The notes: generated by a model from the letters alone, not told the origin. 63,951 nucleotides of DNA, filler included, from 8 parts of 8 records of this genome joined end to end with filler, not necessarily neighbours in it; one strand, 5' to 3'. Shown: positions 50,728 to 62,332, numbered from the whole stretch's first letter. Program-made: numbers and translations.

Positions 50728-52185
50728 TCAGAAATCTCGAAAGGGGCCACGAGGGTCAGCGGCTTCCATTTCGCGAAGCCAATTGGCGTAGCGTTCCTTC
50801 ACCATCGCGAGGATCTCTGGTTTGGCTTGAGACAGATCGTTCTTTTCGGCGATGTCTTCTTCAAGATTGAACAGGCCGCCTTGTTCACCCATTTGGACCC
50901 ATTTCCATTGGCCAACCCTTGCTCCGATTTGATCGCGGCGTTTCCAAAACATTTCCTTGCGAGGAGACTCGGCTTCGCCGCGAAGAGTGGGCCACCAATT
51001 GAATCCATCAAGGACGACGCCGGGCGGTGGTTCCACACCTGCGGCTGCTGCAAAGCTCGGCAGCAATTCCAGGCTGGTCAGGAATTCGTCGTTCACCACG
51101 CCGGCAGGGATTTTTCCCGCCGGCCAACGAACGAGACAAGGCACACGGATGCCACCCTCCCAGGTTTGAGCCTTGTGGCCTCGTAACGGTGAGTTGTCCG
51201 CACCGCCACTGCCGCCGTTGTCAGAGAAGAAAACGACCATCGTCTCGTCGAGCATTTGTTTCGCTTCCAGGCGGTCCAGCATTTCGCCAATTGCCGCGTC
51301 CATGCAGGTGACCGCTGCCCGGTAGTCACGGCGACGAGCTTGCGGTGTCGCGACCGTTGCGGGCGAGCCGTAGCGATAGCGGTCGGTGACTCTGGTTTCC
51401 ACCTCAACCGGCGGATACATCGCTTTGAATTGATCAGGGGCCTGCACCGACGAACGAATGGTCGGATCTAAAGAAGATGAATTGTGCGGTGCGTTGAACG
51501 GCACATACAAAAAGAATGGCTCATTGCCCGCGTGCTCATCCAAGAACCGCAGGGCTTCGCGTTGAAACAGGTACGTGCAGTAGGTGCCCTTGTCGGCTTC
51601 TGTCGGTTCGAGATTACGAACCATGCAGGGCACGCCGTATCGCTCGTGCGTGAAGTAATCAATGCCAGTGTTCACGAACCCATAGAAATCATCAAAGCCG
51701 CGCGATGTCGGCAGCATTCGCTGAAGAGCACCCAAGTCCCATTTGCCATAAATCCCGCTCTTGTAACCGGCCGGCCGCAGCATGGCCGGGAGGATGACTT
51801 CTCGCTCATCCATTCCGCCGATGCGTTCGAATGTCACTGCGTATTCTTCGGGCGTGTAGCGATGACCGTAGTCGGGGGCCTCGTTGCGGATCATGTCGTA
51901 GATCCCGTTTCGCTGCGGATAGCGGCCCGTCAGCAAGCTGGCTCGTGACGGTGTGCAGGCGGGCCAAGCAACATAGAAATTTGTCAGTCTTGTGCCTTCC
52001 TTGGCAAGTCGATCCAGAGCGGGGGTGATGATTCCGTTGCCGAGTTGACCCAAGTCGTTGTACCCCTGGTCATCCGAAGCGATCAGCAAGATGTTTGGAC
52101 GATCGGCCGCCGAAGCCGCGGTGGCAACCAGCAACATCACCAGCATCATCAAAAGGTGGTTCGTCCAGGATCGGATCGGTTGCAT
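50728..52185 (-). CDS. Sulfatase (S1 family, Cys-type)
   Basis: Signal peptide, RPNILLIASDDQG, CTPSRASLLTGR (CxPxR), GKW, SDNG and EGGIRVP. Confidence 0.95.
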   Translation of the reverse strand: MQPIRSWTNHLLMMLVMLLVATAASAADRPNILLIASDDQGYNDLGQLGNGIITPALDRLAKEGTRLTNFYVAWPACTPSRASLLTGRYPQRNGIYDMIRNEAPDYGHRYTPEEYAVTFERIGGMDEREVILPAMLRPAGYKSGIYGKWDLGALQRMLPTSRGFDDFYGFVNTGIDYFTHERYGVPCMVRNLEPTEADKGTYCTYLFQREALRFLDEHAGNEPFFLYVPFNAPHNSSSLDPTIRSSVQAPDQFKAMYPPVEVETRVTDRYRYGSPATVATPQARRRDYRAAVTCMDAAIGEMLDRLEAKQMLDETMVVFFSDNGGSGGADNSPLRGHKAQTWEGGIRVPCLVRWPAGKIPAGVVNDEFLTSLELLPSFAAAAGVEPPPGVVLDGFNWWPTLRGEAESPRKEMFWKRRDQIGARVGQWKWVQMGEQGGLFNLEEDIAEKNDLSQAKPEILAMVKERYANWLREMEAADPRGPFRDF

Positions 52186-52249
52186 CTCGTTGTTCCAGTG
52201 AAAACTAGGTGTCAGGCGTTTCGTGTTATTCTGTTTGTGGTGGGCTTTT

Positions 52250-53323
52250 TCAACGCAGCCACCGGCTCAGATTTTCGCGTACGAATGCGTCGTCATGGAG
52301 GTGAGGGTAGGCGGCGATCACACGATCGATTTCTTTGGATTGACCGCTGGAAAGAACTTCGTTTGGATCGAGGCACCATGTTCCGGCCAGCAGGCCTTGG
52401 CGACGAAGCACTTCGTGGATTCCGGGGATGCAACCAGCAAAACCGTTGGCAGCATCGAAGAAAGCCGCATTGCAATCCGTGACCTGGATGTTGCGGCTGA
52501 GCAGTTCCGACGGAATGTCGCCACCGCGATCCAGTACGGCATGAATTTCATCGAGCAGTTCAACGGCCGTTCGAGTCCACACGCACCAGTGCCCGAGCAA
52601 ACCGCCGCGAATTCGGACCCGTTTCTCACCGTGGTCCGTGACGATGCGATAGGGAGTCAACAGGTCCGCGATGATGTTGTCATCGTTGCCGGTGTAAAGA
52701 GTGATTGCATCGTCGCGGTTGGCATCGCAAACCGCGCGAACCACATCCAAAGTTTGGTAGCGGTTGAAGGGAGCCAGTTTGATGGCGATGACGTTCTCAA
52801 TCTCAGCGAACTCCCGCCAGAATTCATACGGCAACACACAACCACCGACGGCCGGTTGCAAGTAGAAGCCAATCACCGGCATGACCTGGGCGACTTCTCG
52901 GCAATGAGAAATTAAATCGTCGATTGATTCGTCGGCCAGTGCCGCCAGACTCAACAGACACGCGTGGTATCGCTGAGAAACGGCGAACTCCGCCTCGCAA
53001 ATTGCCTGCTTTGTTTTTCCGCAAACACCAGCGACCTTGAATAGTTCTCGGCCCTGAGCACCCGCGTATTCATCGATGACGTCCGACGCCAGACGCAGCA
53101 CCGGTTCATACAAAGCAATCGACGGATCGCGAATGGCGAACTGGGTGGAATGAACACCAACGGCGATGCCACCGGCACCGGCGTCGATGTAATAACGAGT
53201 CAACGCGGTTTGGTATCGCGAATCGAATTGCCGATCGGCATCCAGTGCCAACGGTTGTGCAGGGATAACGACTCCCCGACGAACATTTTCGCGAATGGTG
53301 GGTGATAAGTCACTGATCTGCAT
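52250..53323 (-). CDS. DapA/NAL-family class I aldolase-like protein (divergent subfamily)
   Basis: GVVIPA, YIDAGAGGIAVGVHSTQF, FYLQP, Schiff-base Lys in AIKLAPFNRY, and YTGNDD. Confidence 0.8.
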   Translation of the reverse strand: MQISDLSPTIRENVRRGVVIPAQPLALDADRQFDSRYQTALTRYYIDAGAGGIAVGVHSTQFAIRDPSIALYEPVLRLASDVIDEYAGAQGRELFKVAGVCGKTKQAICEAEFAVSQRYHACLLSLAALADESIDDLISHCREVAQVMPVIGFYLQPAVGGCVLPYEFWREFAEIENVIAIKLAPFNRYQTLDVVRAVCDANRDDAITLYTGNDDNIIADLLTPYRIVTDHGEKRVRIRGGLLGHWCVWTRTAVELLDEIHAVLDRGGDIPSELLSRNIQVTDCNAAFFDAANGFAGCIPGIHEVLRRQGLLAGTWCLDPNEVLSSGQSKEIDRVIAAYPHLHDDAFVRENLSRWLR

Positions 53324-53327
53324 CGGT

Positions 53328-54365
53328 TCAATACGCTCCGTCGCTGACTTCGAAATGGGTGGGTTTGTTCAGCGAGCGACCGCCTGTCCTGACCCAATGG
53401 GCTTGCCAACGAATCAGTTGTTCAGCGTTGACGGATGGAGGCCCAAACAGCTTGGTTGCTCGGGAACTATCACTCAAGTAAGACGCGTTGCCTGGAGTGG
53501 TTGTGAATCGGACGGGTTTGTTCAACAGTTCCCCGAGTTGCATCGAAACATCTTCGGTGAGCAATGTTTCTGGACCAGTGACATTGAGGACGTTTGCCGG
53601 CGAAGTGCACTGCCCCAAACACATCAACGCTTGCTGGTTCGCATCGCCCTGCCAAATCACGTTGAAGGCTTGGACAGAATTGTCGACCGGTTGATCGTTC
53701 CAGATTTTGGTGGCGATGTCATGCAGCACGCCGTACTTCAGGTCAATCGAATAGTTGAGTCGGTACAGGCAAACGCGTGTTCCCCACTCGAGGCTGCCGT
53801 ACTCAAACATCCGTTCTCGCCCCAGGCACGATTGAGCGTACTCACCGATCGGCCCCGGCGGCGTGTCTTCGTTCGGCGGTCGATCCACACGAGCCAGCGG
53901 GTAAACACACCCGGTGGAAAACGCAACGATGTTGGAATCGCGAAAATGATGGGCGACGTTCGCAGGAACGATCGTGTTCATGGCCCAAGTCAAAGGTTCG
54001 TCGCCCTCGGTGCCAAATTTACGCCCGGCCATGAACAGCACGTTGGGCACGGAAGGCAATCGAGCAACAGCATCTCGGTCGAGCAAATCGCACTGGATTG
54101 TTTTGATGCCGGCTGATTCCAGGCGAGCGCGAGCGTCCGCATCGGAGAAGCGAGCCACCCCGAGAACGTTCTTTTGCAGGCCTGCTTTCTCAATGGCAGC
54201 GACCGCCAGTTGTCCCAGGCTGACGCCCATCTTCCCGGCAATGCCCAAGATGATCAGGTCGCCATCGAGTTGTTGCATGAACTTCACCAACTCGTCCGAT
54301 GGCCGGGCGAGCAGTGCATCAAGCTGGGCTTCGGATTCGATCAACTCGGGAAATTCGAGAGCCAT
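53328..54365 (-). CDS. NAD-dependent epimerase/dehydratase family protein
   Basis: Rossmann motif ILGIAGKMG, MAGRKFG, FSTGCVY and YAQSCLGRE. Lies 4 nt upstream of the aldolase-like gene. Confidence 0.85.
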   Translation of the reverse strand: MALEFPELIESEAQLDALLARPSDELVKFMQQLDGDLIILGIAGKMGVSLGQLAVAAIEKAGLQKNVLGVARFSDADARARLESAGIKTIQCDLLDRDAVARLPSVPNVLFMAGRKFGTEGDEPLTWAMNTIVPANVAHHFRDSNIVAFSTGCVYPLARVDRPPNEDTPPGPIGEYAQSCLGRERMFEYGSLEWGTRVCLYRLNYSIDLKYGVLHDIATKIWNDQPVDNSVQAFNVIWQGDANQQALMCLGQCTSPANVLNVTGPETLLTEDVSMQLGELLNKPVRFTTTPGNASYLSDSSRATKLFGPPSVNAEQLIRWQAHWVRTGGRSLNKPTHFEVSDGAY

Positions 54366-54521
54366 GGTTGGTTGCTTGTGTGTGAGCCAAAGGAAGTGTT
54401 TGAAAGTCTAACACTGCGCTCACCCAGACGCAGTTATCATGACGTGGAATCCGTCGCGACGTTGGTTCCGGAAAGCCACCGCCACCCCGCCCCACCAATC
54501 CTGGACACGCTGAGAATCAAA

Positions 54522-56294
54522 ATGGCAAAGACGATTTTTTGTGCAACGAAGATTTGTCGTACCGTCGTGATGGTCCTCTTCGTGATCGGTGCAGGAACTT
54601 CGATCCAAGCGGAGGCTGCCGATCGTCCCAATGTGCTTTTGATTTTGACGGACGACCAAGGTTGGGGCGATTTGGCGGCGCACGGGAATGCAAAGATCTC
54701 AACTCCGACGCTCGACGCTCTGGCGAATGAAAGTGCGAGGTTTGACCGCTTTTATGTCTCTCCTGTTTGCGCTCCCACACGAGCGGCTTTGCTGACGGGA
54801 CGCTATCCCGAACGCTCGGGAGTCGCCGGTGTCACCGGAAGGCGTGAAGTGATGAGAGCGGAAGAGACGACGCTCGCCGAATTGTATCGTTCAGCCGGAT
54901 ATGTGACGGGCTGCTTTGGGAAGTGGCACAATGGTGCCCAAATGCCGCTGCACCCAAACGGACAAGGGTTTGATGAGTTCTTTGGTTTCTGCGGCGGCCA
55001 TTTCAATCTGTACGACGATGCGTTGTTGGAACGAAACGGCACGCCAGTCCAAACCAACGGATACATCACGGACGTGTTGACCGATGCCGCGGTGGAGTTC
55101 ATTCAAAACCATCACGACCGTCCATTCTTTTGCTACGTCCCGTTCAACGCGCCGCATGGTCCGTTTCAGGTGAGACGAGATTTATTCGATCGGTACAACG
55201 ACGGTACGATCGACGAGAAAACAGCAGCGGTCTACGCGATGGTGCAGAACATCGACACCAATGTGTCTCGATTGCTAAAGTGTCTTTCGGACCATTCGTT
55301 GGATGAGGAGACCATCGTCGTGTTTCTGACCGACAACGGGCCCAATGGGAAGCGTTTCAACGGTGGCATGCGAGGAACCAAAGGCAGCGTTCACGAAGGA
55401 GGTTGCCGCGTGCCTTGTTTCATCCGTTGGCCAGGAAACATTCAGCCGCAAACCATTTCGCAAGTTGCAGCTCACATCGATCTGTTGCCGACGCTGATGC
55501 AGTGGTGTGATATTCCTTTGCCGACAAAGGTGCCGCTGGACGGCAGGAGCTTGGTCGAATTGATACGCGATGGGACCGATCCCACACTTGCCGATCGTTC
55601 GATCCTGACCTACCGCCCCAATCCAACGCAATTGCAGAAGTTTGGCAAGGCGGCGGTGCGAACCAATACTCACCGATTGACGATTGAGAAGTCGAAGGCG
55701 TCTTTGTTCGACATGACGACCGACGCCGGCCAAACCACCGATATCGCGTCGAGGCATCCAGAGCTGACGAAGCAGTTGCGATCGCAGATCCAAGAATATG
55801 TACAGGAAATTACACCCTGTATCACAGCGATTCGTCCGGTGCCCATTGATTCGATGCGGTCCGTTTACTTGCCTGCTGTGGATGCGGAGCTGGAAGGTGG
55901 CGTCGGGTTCGCGGATGAAATTTCGTGGGCACACAGTTGGGCTGATCGCTGGACAACAACACGAGACCGGATCACTTGGCCTATTGAGGTGAAAGAGAGT
56001 GGTCGTTACGAAGTCGTGATTCACTACGTTTGCGATTCGGATTCGGCCGAGATTGTACTGAAGGCCGGCGACCAGGAGGCCACCACAACGCTGCCGCGAT
56101 TCGCGATGAAGAGCGTTGTCCGTCCTGATTTGGATTCCAAGGCGACTCCTCGGCGAATGCTGACATTTCAACAGCATTCACTCGGAGTCGTTGACCTTGC
56201 CGGCGGTGCCTCAACGATCGCTTTGCAGCGAACCGATCAAGACGGTGCCATGATTGAATTGAACGGACTCACGATCACTCGGCAGTTGCCCTGA
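54522..56294 (+). CDS. Arylsulfatase (S1 family) with a C-terminal beta-sandwich extension
   Basis: RPNVLLILTDDQG, CAPTRAALLTGR, GKWH, TDNG and EGGCRVP. ATG at 54522. Confidence 0.94.
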   Translation: MAKTIFCATKICRTVVMVLFVIGAGTSIQAEAADRPNVLLILTDDQGWGDLAAHGNAKISTPTLDALANESARFDRFYVSPVCAPTRAALLTGRYPERSGVAGVTGRREVMRAEETTLAELYRSAGYVTGCFGKWHNGAQMPLHPNGQGFDEFFGFCGGHFNLYDDALLERNGTPVQTNGYITDVLTDAAVEFIQNHHDRPFFCYVPFNAPHGPFQVRRDLFDRYNDGTIDEKTAAVYAMVQNIDTNVSRLLKCLSDHSLDEETIVVFLTDNGPNGKRFNGGMRGTKGSVHEGGCRVPCFIRWPGNIQPQTISQVAAHIDLLPTLMQWCDIPLPTKVPLDGRSLVELIRDGTDPTLADRSILTYRPNPTQLQKFGKAAVRTNTHRLTIEKSKASLFDMTTDAGQTTDIASRHPELTKQLRSQIQEYVQEITPCITAIRPVPIDSMRSVYLPAVDAELEGGVGFADEISWAHSWADRWTTTRDRITWPIEVKESGRYEVVIHYVCDSDSAEIVLKAGDQEATTTLPRFAMKSVVRPDLDSKATPRRMLTFQQHSLGVVDLAGGASTIALQRTDQDGAMIELNGLTITRQLP

Positions 56295-56328
56295 TGATGC
56301 ACTCTCCGGAATGGCCGTTTCGAAGGCA

Positions 56329-57819
56329 TCAACTGATGATGTCGTTGACGACGTTTCCGTGTACGTCGGTGAGTCGAAACTGGCGTCCTTGGTAGCGGAA
56401 GGTGAGTCTTTGGTGATCGATCCCCAGCAGATGAAGGATGGTGGCATTCAAGTCATGGATGTGCACGCCATTTTCTGCAATCCCGTAGCCGAGCTCATCG
56501 GTCGCACCATGGGTGTGGCCACGTTTGGTTCCGCCGCCCGCCATCCAGATCGTGAAAGCTTCTTTGTGGTGATCTCGTCCGACTTTCGTCGGCGTGCCAC
56601 CACCGTTGCTCGCCTGTGCCATCGGAGTGCGACCAAACTCAGCGGCCCAGACCACGAGCGTATCGTCCAGCATGCCTCGCTGTTTGAGATCTTTGATCAA
56701 CGCAGCGATCGGTTGATCCACTTCTTTCGTCTTTGCCGCCAAGCGATTCTCAATGTTTCCATGGTGGTCCCATCCTTGGTCGAACAGTTGAACAAAACGC
56801 ACTCCACGTTCGACCAATCGGCGGGCGAGCAAACAATTGTTGGCGAAGCTTGTTTTTCCCGGTTCGGTGCCATACATCTGATGAACGTCGGCCGTTTCAT
56901 CATCGATGTTCATTAGCTCGGGAACGGAGGTTTGCATTCGATACGCCATCTCGTATTGGCTGATGCGGGTCGAGATCTCAGGGTCACCAACATCATCCAA
57001 CCGCAAAGCATTGAGATCCTTGACAGCATCGACAACCTTACGACGGTCCGACGGCCGCATGCCCTCGGGATTGGATAAGAAAAGGACGGGGTCACCCTGG
57101 CTGCGGAATTCAATTCCCTGATGAACGGTTGGCAGAAAGCCGCTTCCCCATGCACTGTTGCCCGCTCCCAAAACTTGCCCCGTGATCAGCGTGACAAAGT
57201 CCGGTAGGTTCTTGTTTTCACTTCCTATCCCATAACTGACCCACGAACCGATGCTGGGCCGGCCGAATCGCTCGAAACCACTGAGCAAAAACATTTGGGC
57301 GGGTGCGTGATTGAATTGGTCCGTATGCAGCGTTTTGATGAAGCACAATTCGTCGGCGACCGTCTGCAGGTTGGGCATCAGGTTCGAAATTTGTGCTCCT
57401 GATTCTCCACAACGTTGGAACTGGAATGCTTGGTCCGTTGGGGTGCCAAACAACTTCGGTTGTTCACGAATGAATGCCAGTTGTTTTCCGTTGAAGAACT
57501 CATCCGGGCATAGTTGTCCCGAACGCTCCTGCAGAACCGGTTTGTAGTCGAACAGATCCAGATGCGACGGGGCGCCCACCATGTGGATGTAGATCACACT
57601 TTTGGCGCGAGCTGGATGGTGTGTTCCAAGCGTGGATCCAATTTTCTCCTGTCCGAACGCTGCGTTGTGTTCAGACTGGAATAGCGATGTCAGAGCGAAT
57701 CCTCCGAGACCCATGCCGGCACGCTGAAAGAGTTGTCGACGCGTCTGGTTCGCTGACATTGCTGCCGCAGCGGACACGTTGATTCGTTGTCTGGATCGAT
57801 AGGTTTTCATCTTCGACAA
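56329..57819 (-). CDS. DUF1501 domain protein (Tat signal)
   Basis: TRRQLF Tat motif, [37 protein letters not shown] and GRDHH. Confidence 0.93.
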   Translation of the reverse strand: MSKMKTYRSRQRINVSAAAAMSANQTRRQLFQRAGMGLGGFALTSLFQSEHNAAFGQEKIGSTLGTHHPARAKSVIYIHMVGAPSHLDLFDYKPVLQERSGQLCPDEFFNGKQLAFIREQPKLFGTPTDQAFQFQRCGESGAQISNLMPNLQTVADELCFIKTLHTDQFNHAPAQMFLLSGFERFGRPSIGSWVSYGIGSENKNLPDFVTLITGQVLGAGNSAWGSGFLPTVHQGIEFRSQGDPVLFLSNPEGMRPSDRRKVVDAVKDLNALRLDDVGDPEISTRISQYEMAYRMQTSVPELMNIDDETADVHQMYGTEPGKTSFANNCLLARRLVERGVRFVQLFDQGWDHHGNIENRLAAKTKEVDQPIAALIKDLKQRGMLDDTLVVWAAEFGRTPMAQASNGGGTPTKVGRDHHKEAFTIWMAGGGTKRGHTHGATDELGYGIAENGVHIHDLNATILHLLGIDHQRLTFRYQGRQFRLTDVHGNVVNDIIS

Positions 57820-57854
57820 TCATCTCAATGAGTCGAGGAATTTGCGGTGAGGTT

Positions 57855-60772
57855 TCAGTCCTTCGTGATTGTCTCGTCCAAATTCAACAGGACGTTCGCG
57901 ACGTAGAACCATGCGCCCAATTCTTCTGTGGATGGATAAACAGTGTGGTTCGGAAACGATTGTTCTCGAACGAGCGACTTGGCAAGCTGAGGATTGGAAT
58001 GAAGGTGCTGCTTTCGCTCATCAAGGAACGTCATCAACCGAGCGGATTCTTGGGGGGCTGGTCGTCTCGACAAAACGATTTCGAATGCCGCCGAAAGTCG
58101 ATCGGAGTCGCTCCCGTCAGGGTGTTCACATAAGATGCGATTTGCCAGAGCGAGAGCCATTTCGACGTAAGCCGGATCGTTGAGCAATGTCAGTGCCTGC
58201 AGCGGCGTGTTCGTTCTCGGCCGACCCACCACGCAAGAACTTCGATCGGGACCGTCGAAATTCACAAAGCTGGGATAAGGTGCGGCGCGTCGCCAAACCA
58301 CGTAAACGCCGCGTCGGTATCGGTCTTGATCCGTTGCCGCGATCCACTTCGGTTCGTTCCGCCCTACTTGACGCCAAATTCCCGTCGGCTGATGCGGCAT
58401 GATTGGTGGACCGTGCATTTTTGCGGAGAGCAATCCGCTGACCGCCAAAGCATTGTCGCGAATCATCTCCGCTGACATGCGAAAACGCGGTCCCCTCGCG
58501 TACCATTTATTCGCCGGGTCGGCCTCAATCAGATCTGCCCGAACTTTGGAGTCCTGTTGATAGGTTGCCGACATCACGATCGTTTTCAGGACATGTTTCA
58601 TCGACCAACCTGATTCGACCAATTCAACGGCCAGCCAGTCGAGTAAATCGGGGTGCGTCGGTGGCGATGACTGCGTTCCGAAGTCTTCCAGCGTGTCTAC
58701 GATTCCCTGACCAAACAATTGCGCCCACCAGCGATTGACCGTCACACGGGCGGTCAACGGATTCGCGGGATCGACCAACCAACGTGCTAGCCCCAGGCGA
58801 TTCTTTGGAAGGTCCTCGTTCATTTGATGAAGAGCAATCGGCGTCCCCGGTGAAACTCGGTTCCCAGGTGACAAGTAGTTGCCACGTTGCATCACAAAGG
58901 TTTCGCGTTGCTCTTCCATCTCCAGCATGACAAGCGTGGTGGCGGGCTGGGTTGATTCCAGTTGCTTCGTCAGTTTTTGAATCTTTCGTTGGAGTGCCCT
59001 CGCCTTCGGGTTGGTTTTCTCGAAATGACTTTCGAGCTTTGCAAAGTCACTGGGGGATCGATCTTTTGCGGGTTTCTTGGCCGCTTTCGCGACTTGTTGG
59101 GGGACGTCGATTGCGAGTGGATTGCCGCACAGGGCTGATAGACGCACGCGACCAATCGTTCGGCCTCTTCCGTAGCGTTGTTCCAAGCGGAATCGCAACG
59201 TTGAGTCTTCACTTCGGCGAATTGGCGTTTGAAGTAGAAACTGTGCCCAGTGCGATTGTTGGAATTGCGATGCAATCGCCCAACCCGTTTTGAGATCACC
59301 GTCGATGGCGTTGGCGACGTTCCATCCGGGCTGGGAATAGTCGGCGGATGCCGAATGCAGGTCCAGACGTTGGGTGGGGCTGCCTTCCTTCGAAACAATC
59401 TCCACCTCGAATTCACTCAAGATGAAGTTGGACCGGACGGCATCGCCGCGGCCCGGGCCTGTTCCGGGAAGACTCGGATGAGTCAACGCTTCGATTTTCC
59501 ATCCGATGACATCTGCGGGAATCTCATCACAGCGGATCTCGTAGACAGTCTTGTCAGGAACTTTGCCTGTGAACAAGACCGACTGGTCATCGAGAATCTT
59601 GATCTCTTCGTCACCGGTCGAACTGACCGAGGCGATTGAAAGCGTTTTGAATTCAGGTTGGGTGTCGAGCGCGATTGAGAGTTGCTGTGTCCAGCTGTCG
59701 AAATCACCTGCTTCTAACACCGCGTTTCTTTTGGCTTCGAGCGAAGCGATTTCGGCTTGCAGGCGGCTTCGATTGCTCGCTTGATCTGGAGGTAGTGGCA
59801 GGTCCATTTTGGGACCCCAGAAGTCAAACGACACGCCTTTGCCGCTTGGGTTTTCGACTTCCATTGGTGTGTTGTTGAAGAACGCGAAGAGCTTGTAATA
59901 TTCCTTTTGGCTGACCGGGTCGTATTTGTGATCGTGGCACTGCGCGCATTCGATGGTCATTCCCAACCATGCTGTCGCCGTCGCATTGACGCGGTCGATG
60001 ACTTGGTTCACCCGGTTTTCTTCTGGGTGTACTCCGGCTTCGACATTGCACGGCACGGTGCGATGAAAGCCTGTTGCGATTTTTTGATCGATCGTCGCAT
60101 TCGGCAACAAGTCACCGGCAAGTTGTTCAATCGTGAACTGATCAAACGGCATGTCATCATTCAGCGCGTTGATGACCCAATCCCGATAGGCCCAACTGTC
60201 TCTCAATTGGTCAGCTTGAAACCCATTGGAGTCCGCATAGCGAGCCAAGTCCAACCAAGGTCTCGCCCAACGTTCGCCGAACTGTTCGGAAGCAAGCAGC
60301 CGATCGACCAACCGCTCATAGGCATTCAGATCAGAATCGTTGACGAAGGAATTGACTTGTTCCGGCGTCGGCGGGAGTCCCGTGAGGTCGAGTGAGACTC
60401 GGCGAATCAGCGTGCGTCGATCAGCGGCTTGGGAAGGCTCGAGACCTCGTTCATGCAATCGGTTCCTGATGAAGCGGTCCACCGGATGAGAAGAACTCGC
60501 GGCTTGATCAATCTCAGGAACGCTTGGCTGAGTCGGCGCGATGAAGGCCCAGTGTTGTTCGTAATCACCGCCTTCGGCGATCCATGATTTGAGAATGGAC
60601 TTTTGATGAGCCGACAGCTTGCGTTTCGACTCGGGCGGCGGCATCAAACCATCAGGGTCGTCGGAAAAAATCCGCTCGATCAGTCCACTTTGGTCCGGCT
60701 CATTTGGCACGACCGCGGGGCTTCCTGAGAGCTCTTGGCGGGAGCCGGTTTGAGTGTCCAGTCGCAGGTTGG
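57855..60772 (-). CDS. PSD1/DUF1553 + DUF1549 planctomycete cytochrome c domain protein (5' truncated)
   Basis: HWAF, LIRRVSLDLTGLPPT, WLDLARYADS, CAQCHDHKYDP, NPLTARVTVNRWW, PTHPDLLDWLA and TNTPLQALTLLN. The frame is open to the contig edge. Confidence 0.95.
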
Positions 60773-60872
60773 NNNNNNNNNNNNNNNNNNNNNNNNNNNN
60801 NNNNNNNNNNNNNNNNTTAATTAATTAANNNNNNNNNNNNNNNNNNNNNNNNNNNNNNNNNNNNNNNNNNNN

Positions 60873-60985
60873 GTCTGGCTGTCCGCGCTCCAGGCAACAA
60901 CGCCGAAGCCGAGGCGGCACGTCTGCGCCGACTTGCCAAAACGCATGCCGAGCGGCAGCTCGAGGAAATCGAAAAGAGCGAATAA
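60873..60985 (+). CDS. 3' end of an unidentified gene
   Basis: Open frame LAVRAPGNNAEAEAARLRRLAKTHAERQLEEIEKSE* followed by a CCCTCGAC-CA-GTCGAGGG inverted repeat at 61001-61018. Confidence 0.4.
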
Positions 60986-61068
60986 CCTCTGCTCTCCTTC
61001 CCCTCGACCAGTCGAGGGAATGGGTATATGAGGACCGGTCACCGGTCTCGCGTCACCTGCATCGAGGT

Positions 61069-62292
61069 ATGATGATGGAAGAATTTCACAAAATCCGTCG
61101 GCTCCCGCCCTATGTTTTCGAGCAGGTGAATCGCCTCAAGGCGAGTGCGCGTTCGCGCGGTGCCGACATCATCGATCTCGGCATGGGAAATCCCGATCTT
61201 CCAACCCCTCAGGCCATTGTTGACAAACTGTGTGACGTCGTGCGCGATCCGCGTACACATCGCTATTCTTCTTCGCGCGGCATTCCCGGTCTTCGGCGGG
61301 CGCAAGCGGCCTATTACGAGCGTCGGTTCGGCGTAAAGCTCAACCCTGAAACCCAGGTGGTCGCGACCCTGGGGTCGAAGGAGGGGTTTGCGAATATGGC
61401 CCAGGCGATCACTGCGCCGGGCGATGTGGTCCTGTGTCCCAATCCGACTTACCCAATTCACGCTTTCGGTTTCATTATGTCGGGTGGCGTTGTGCGTGCC
61501 ATCCCCGCCGAACCTGACACGAATTTCATTCCGGCGCTCGAACGTGCCGTGCGCTATTCGACGCCGAAGCCTATCGCGCTCATCCTCAATTACCCGTCGA
61601 ATCCGACAGCCTGCATGGCGTCGCTGGATTTTTACAAGGATGTGGTCGCGTTTGCGCGCAGAAACGATCTGATCATCCTTTCTGATCTTGCCTATTCGGA
61701 GATCTATTTCGAGGGTAATCCGCCGCCTTCCGTTCTGGAAGTGCCCGGCGCGATGGACGTCACGGTGGAGTTCACCTCCATGTCCAAGACTTTTTCCATG
61801 CCAGGCTGGCGCATGGGGTTTGCGGTCGGCAATGAGCGGCTGATCGCTGCGTTGTCGCGCGTCAAATCCTATCTGGATTATGGGGCGTTCACACCGATTC
61901 AGGTGGCGGCTGCGGCTGCTTTGAATTCCGATGGCACGGAGATTGAAGAGGTGCGCGAAGTCTATCGTCGCCGCCGGGATGTGCTAGTGGAATCGTTTGG
62001 CCGCGCCGGCTGGGACGTGCCGCCTCCGCCAGCTACCATGTTTGCGTGGGTGCCGATCCCGGACGCCTACAGTGAACTTGGCTCTTTGGAGTTTTCCAAG
62101 CTTCTGGTGGAAAAGGCCGAGGTGGCGGTTGCACCTGGCATCGGTTTTGGTGAGTTCGGGGACCAGTATGTGCGTATCGCGCTGGTGGAAAACGAGCACC
62201 GGATCCGGCAGGCTGCTCGCAGCATCAAGCGCTTCCTTGCAACCGCACCGGAAAACACTGACAACGTCATCCCGCTCGGCGCCCGACGCTGA
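61069..62292 (+). CDS. Class I/II aminotransferase (AlaC-like; often annotated LL-DAP aminotransferase)
   Basis: RLPPYVF, DLGMGNPD, NYPSNPT, DLAYSE and SMSKTFSMPGWRMG. Lies upstream of hom. Confidence 0.92.
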   Translation: MMMEEFHKIRRLPPYVFEQVNRLKASARSRGADIIDLGMGNPDLPTPQAIVDKLCDVVRDPRTHRYSSSRGIPGLRRAQAAYYERRFGVKLNPETQVVATLGSKEGFANMAQAITAPGDVVLCPNPTYPIHAFGFIMSGGVVRAIPAEPDTNFIPALERAVRYSTPKPIALILNYPSNPTACMASLDFYKDVVAFARRNDLIILSDLAYSEIYFEGNPPPSVLEVPGAMDVTVEFTSMSKTFSMPGWRMGFAVGNERLIAALSRVKSYLDYGAFTPIQVAAAAALNSDGTEIEEVREVYRRRRDVLVESFGRAGWDVPPPPATMFAWVPIPDAYSELGSLEFSKLLVEKAEVAVAPGIGFGEFGDQYVRIALVENEHRIRQAARSIKRFLATAPENTDNVIPLGARR

Positions 62293-62332
62293 GTCTTAAT
62301 CACTGAACTATCGAGAAGGAGCACGCCGCATC

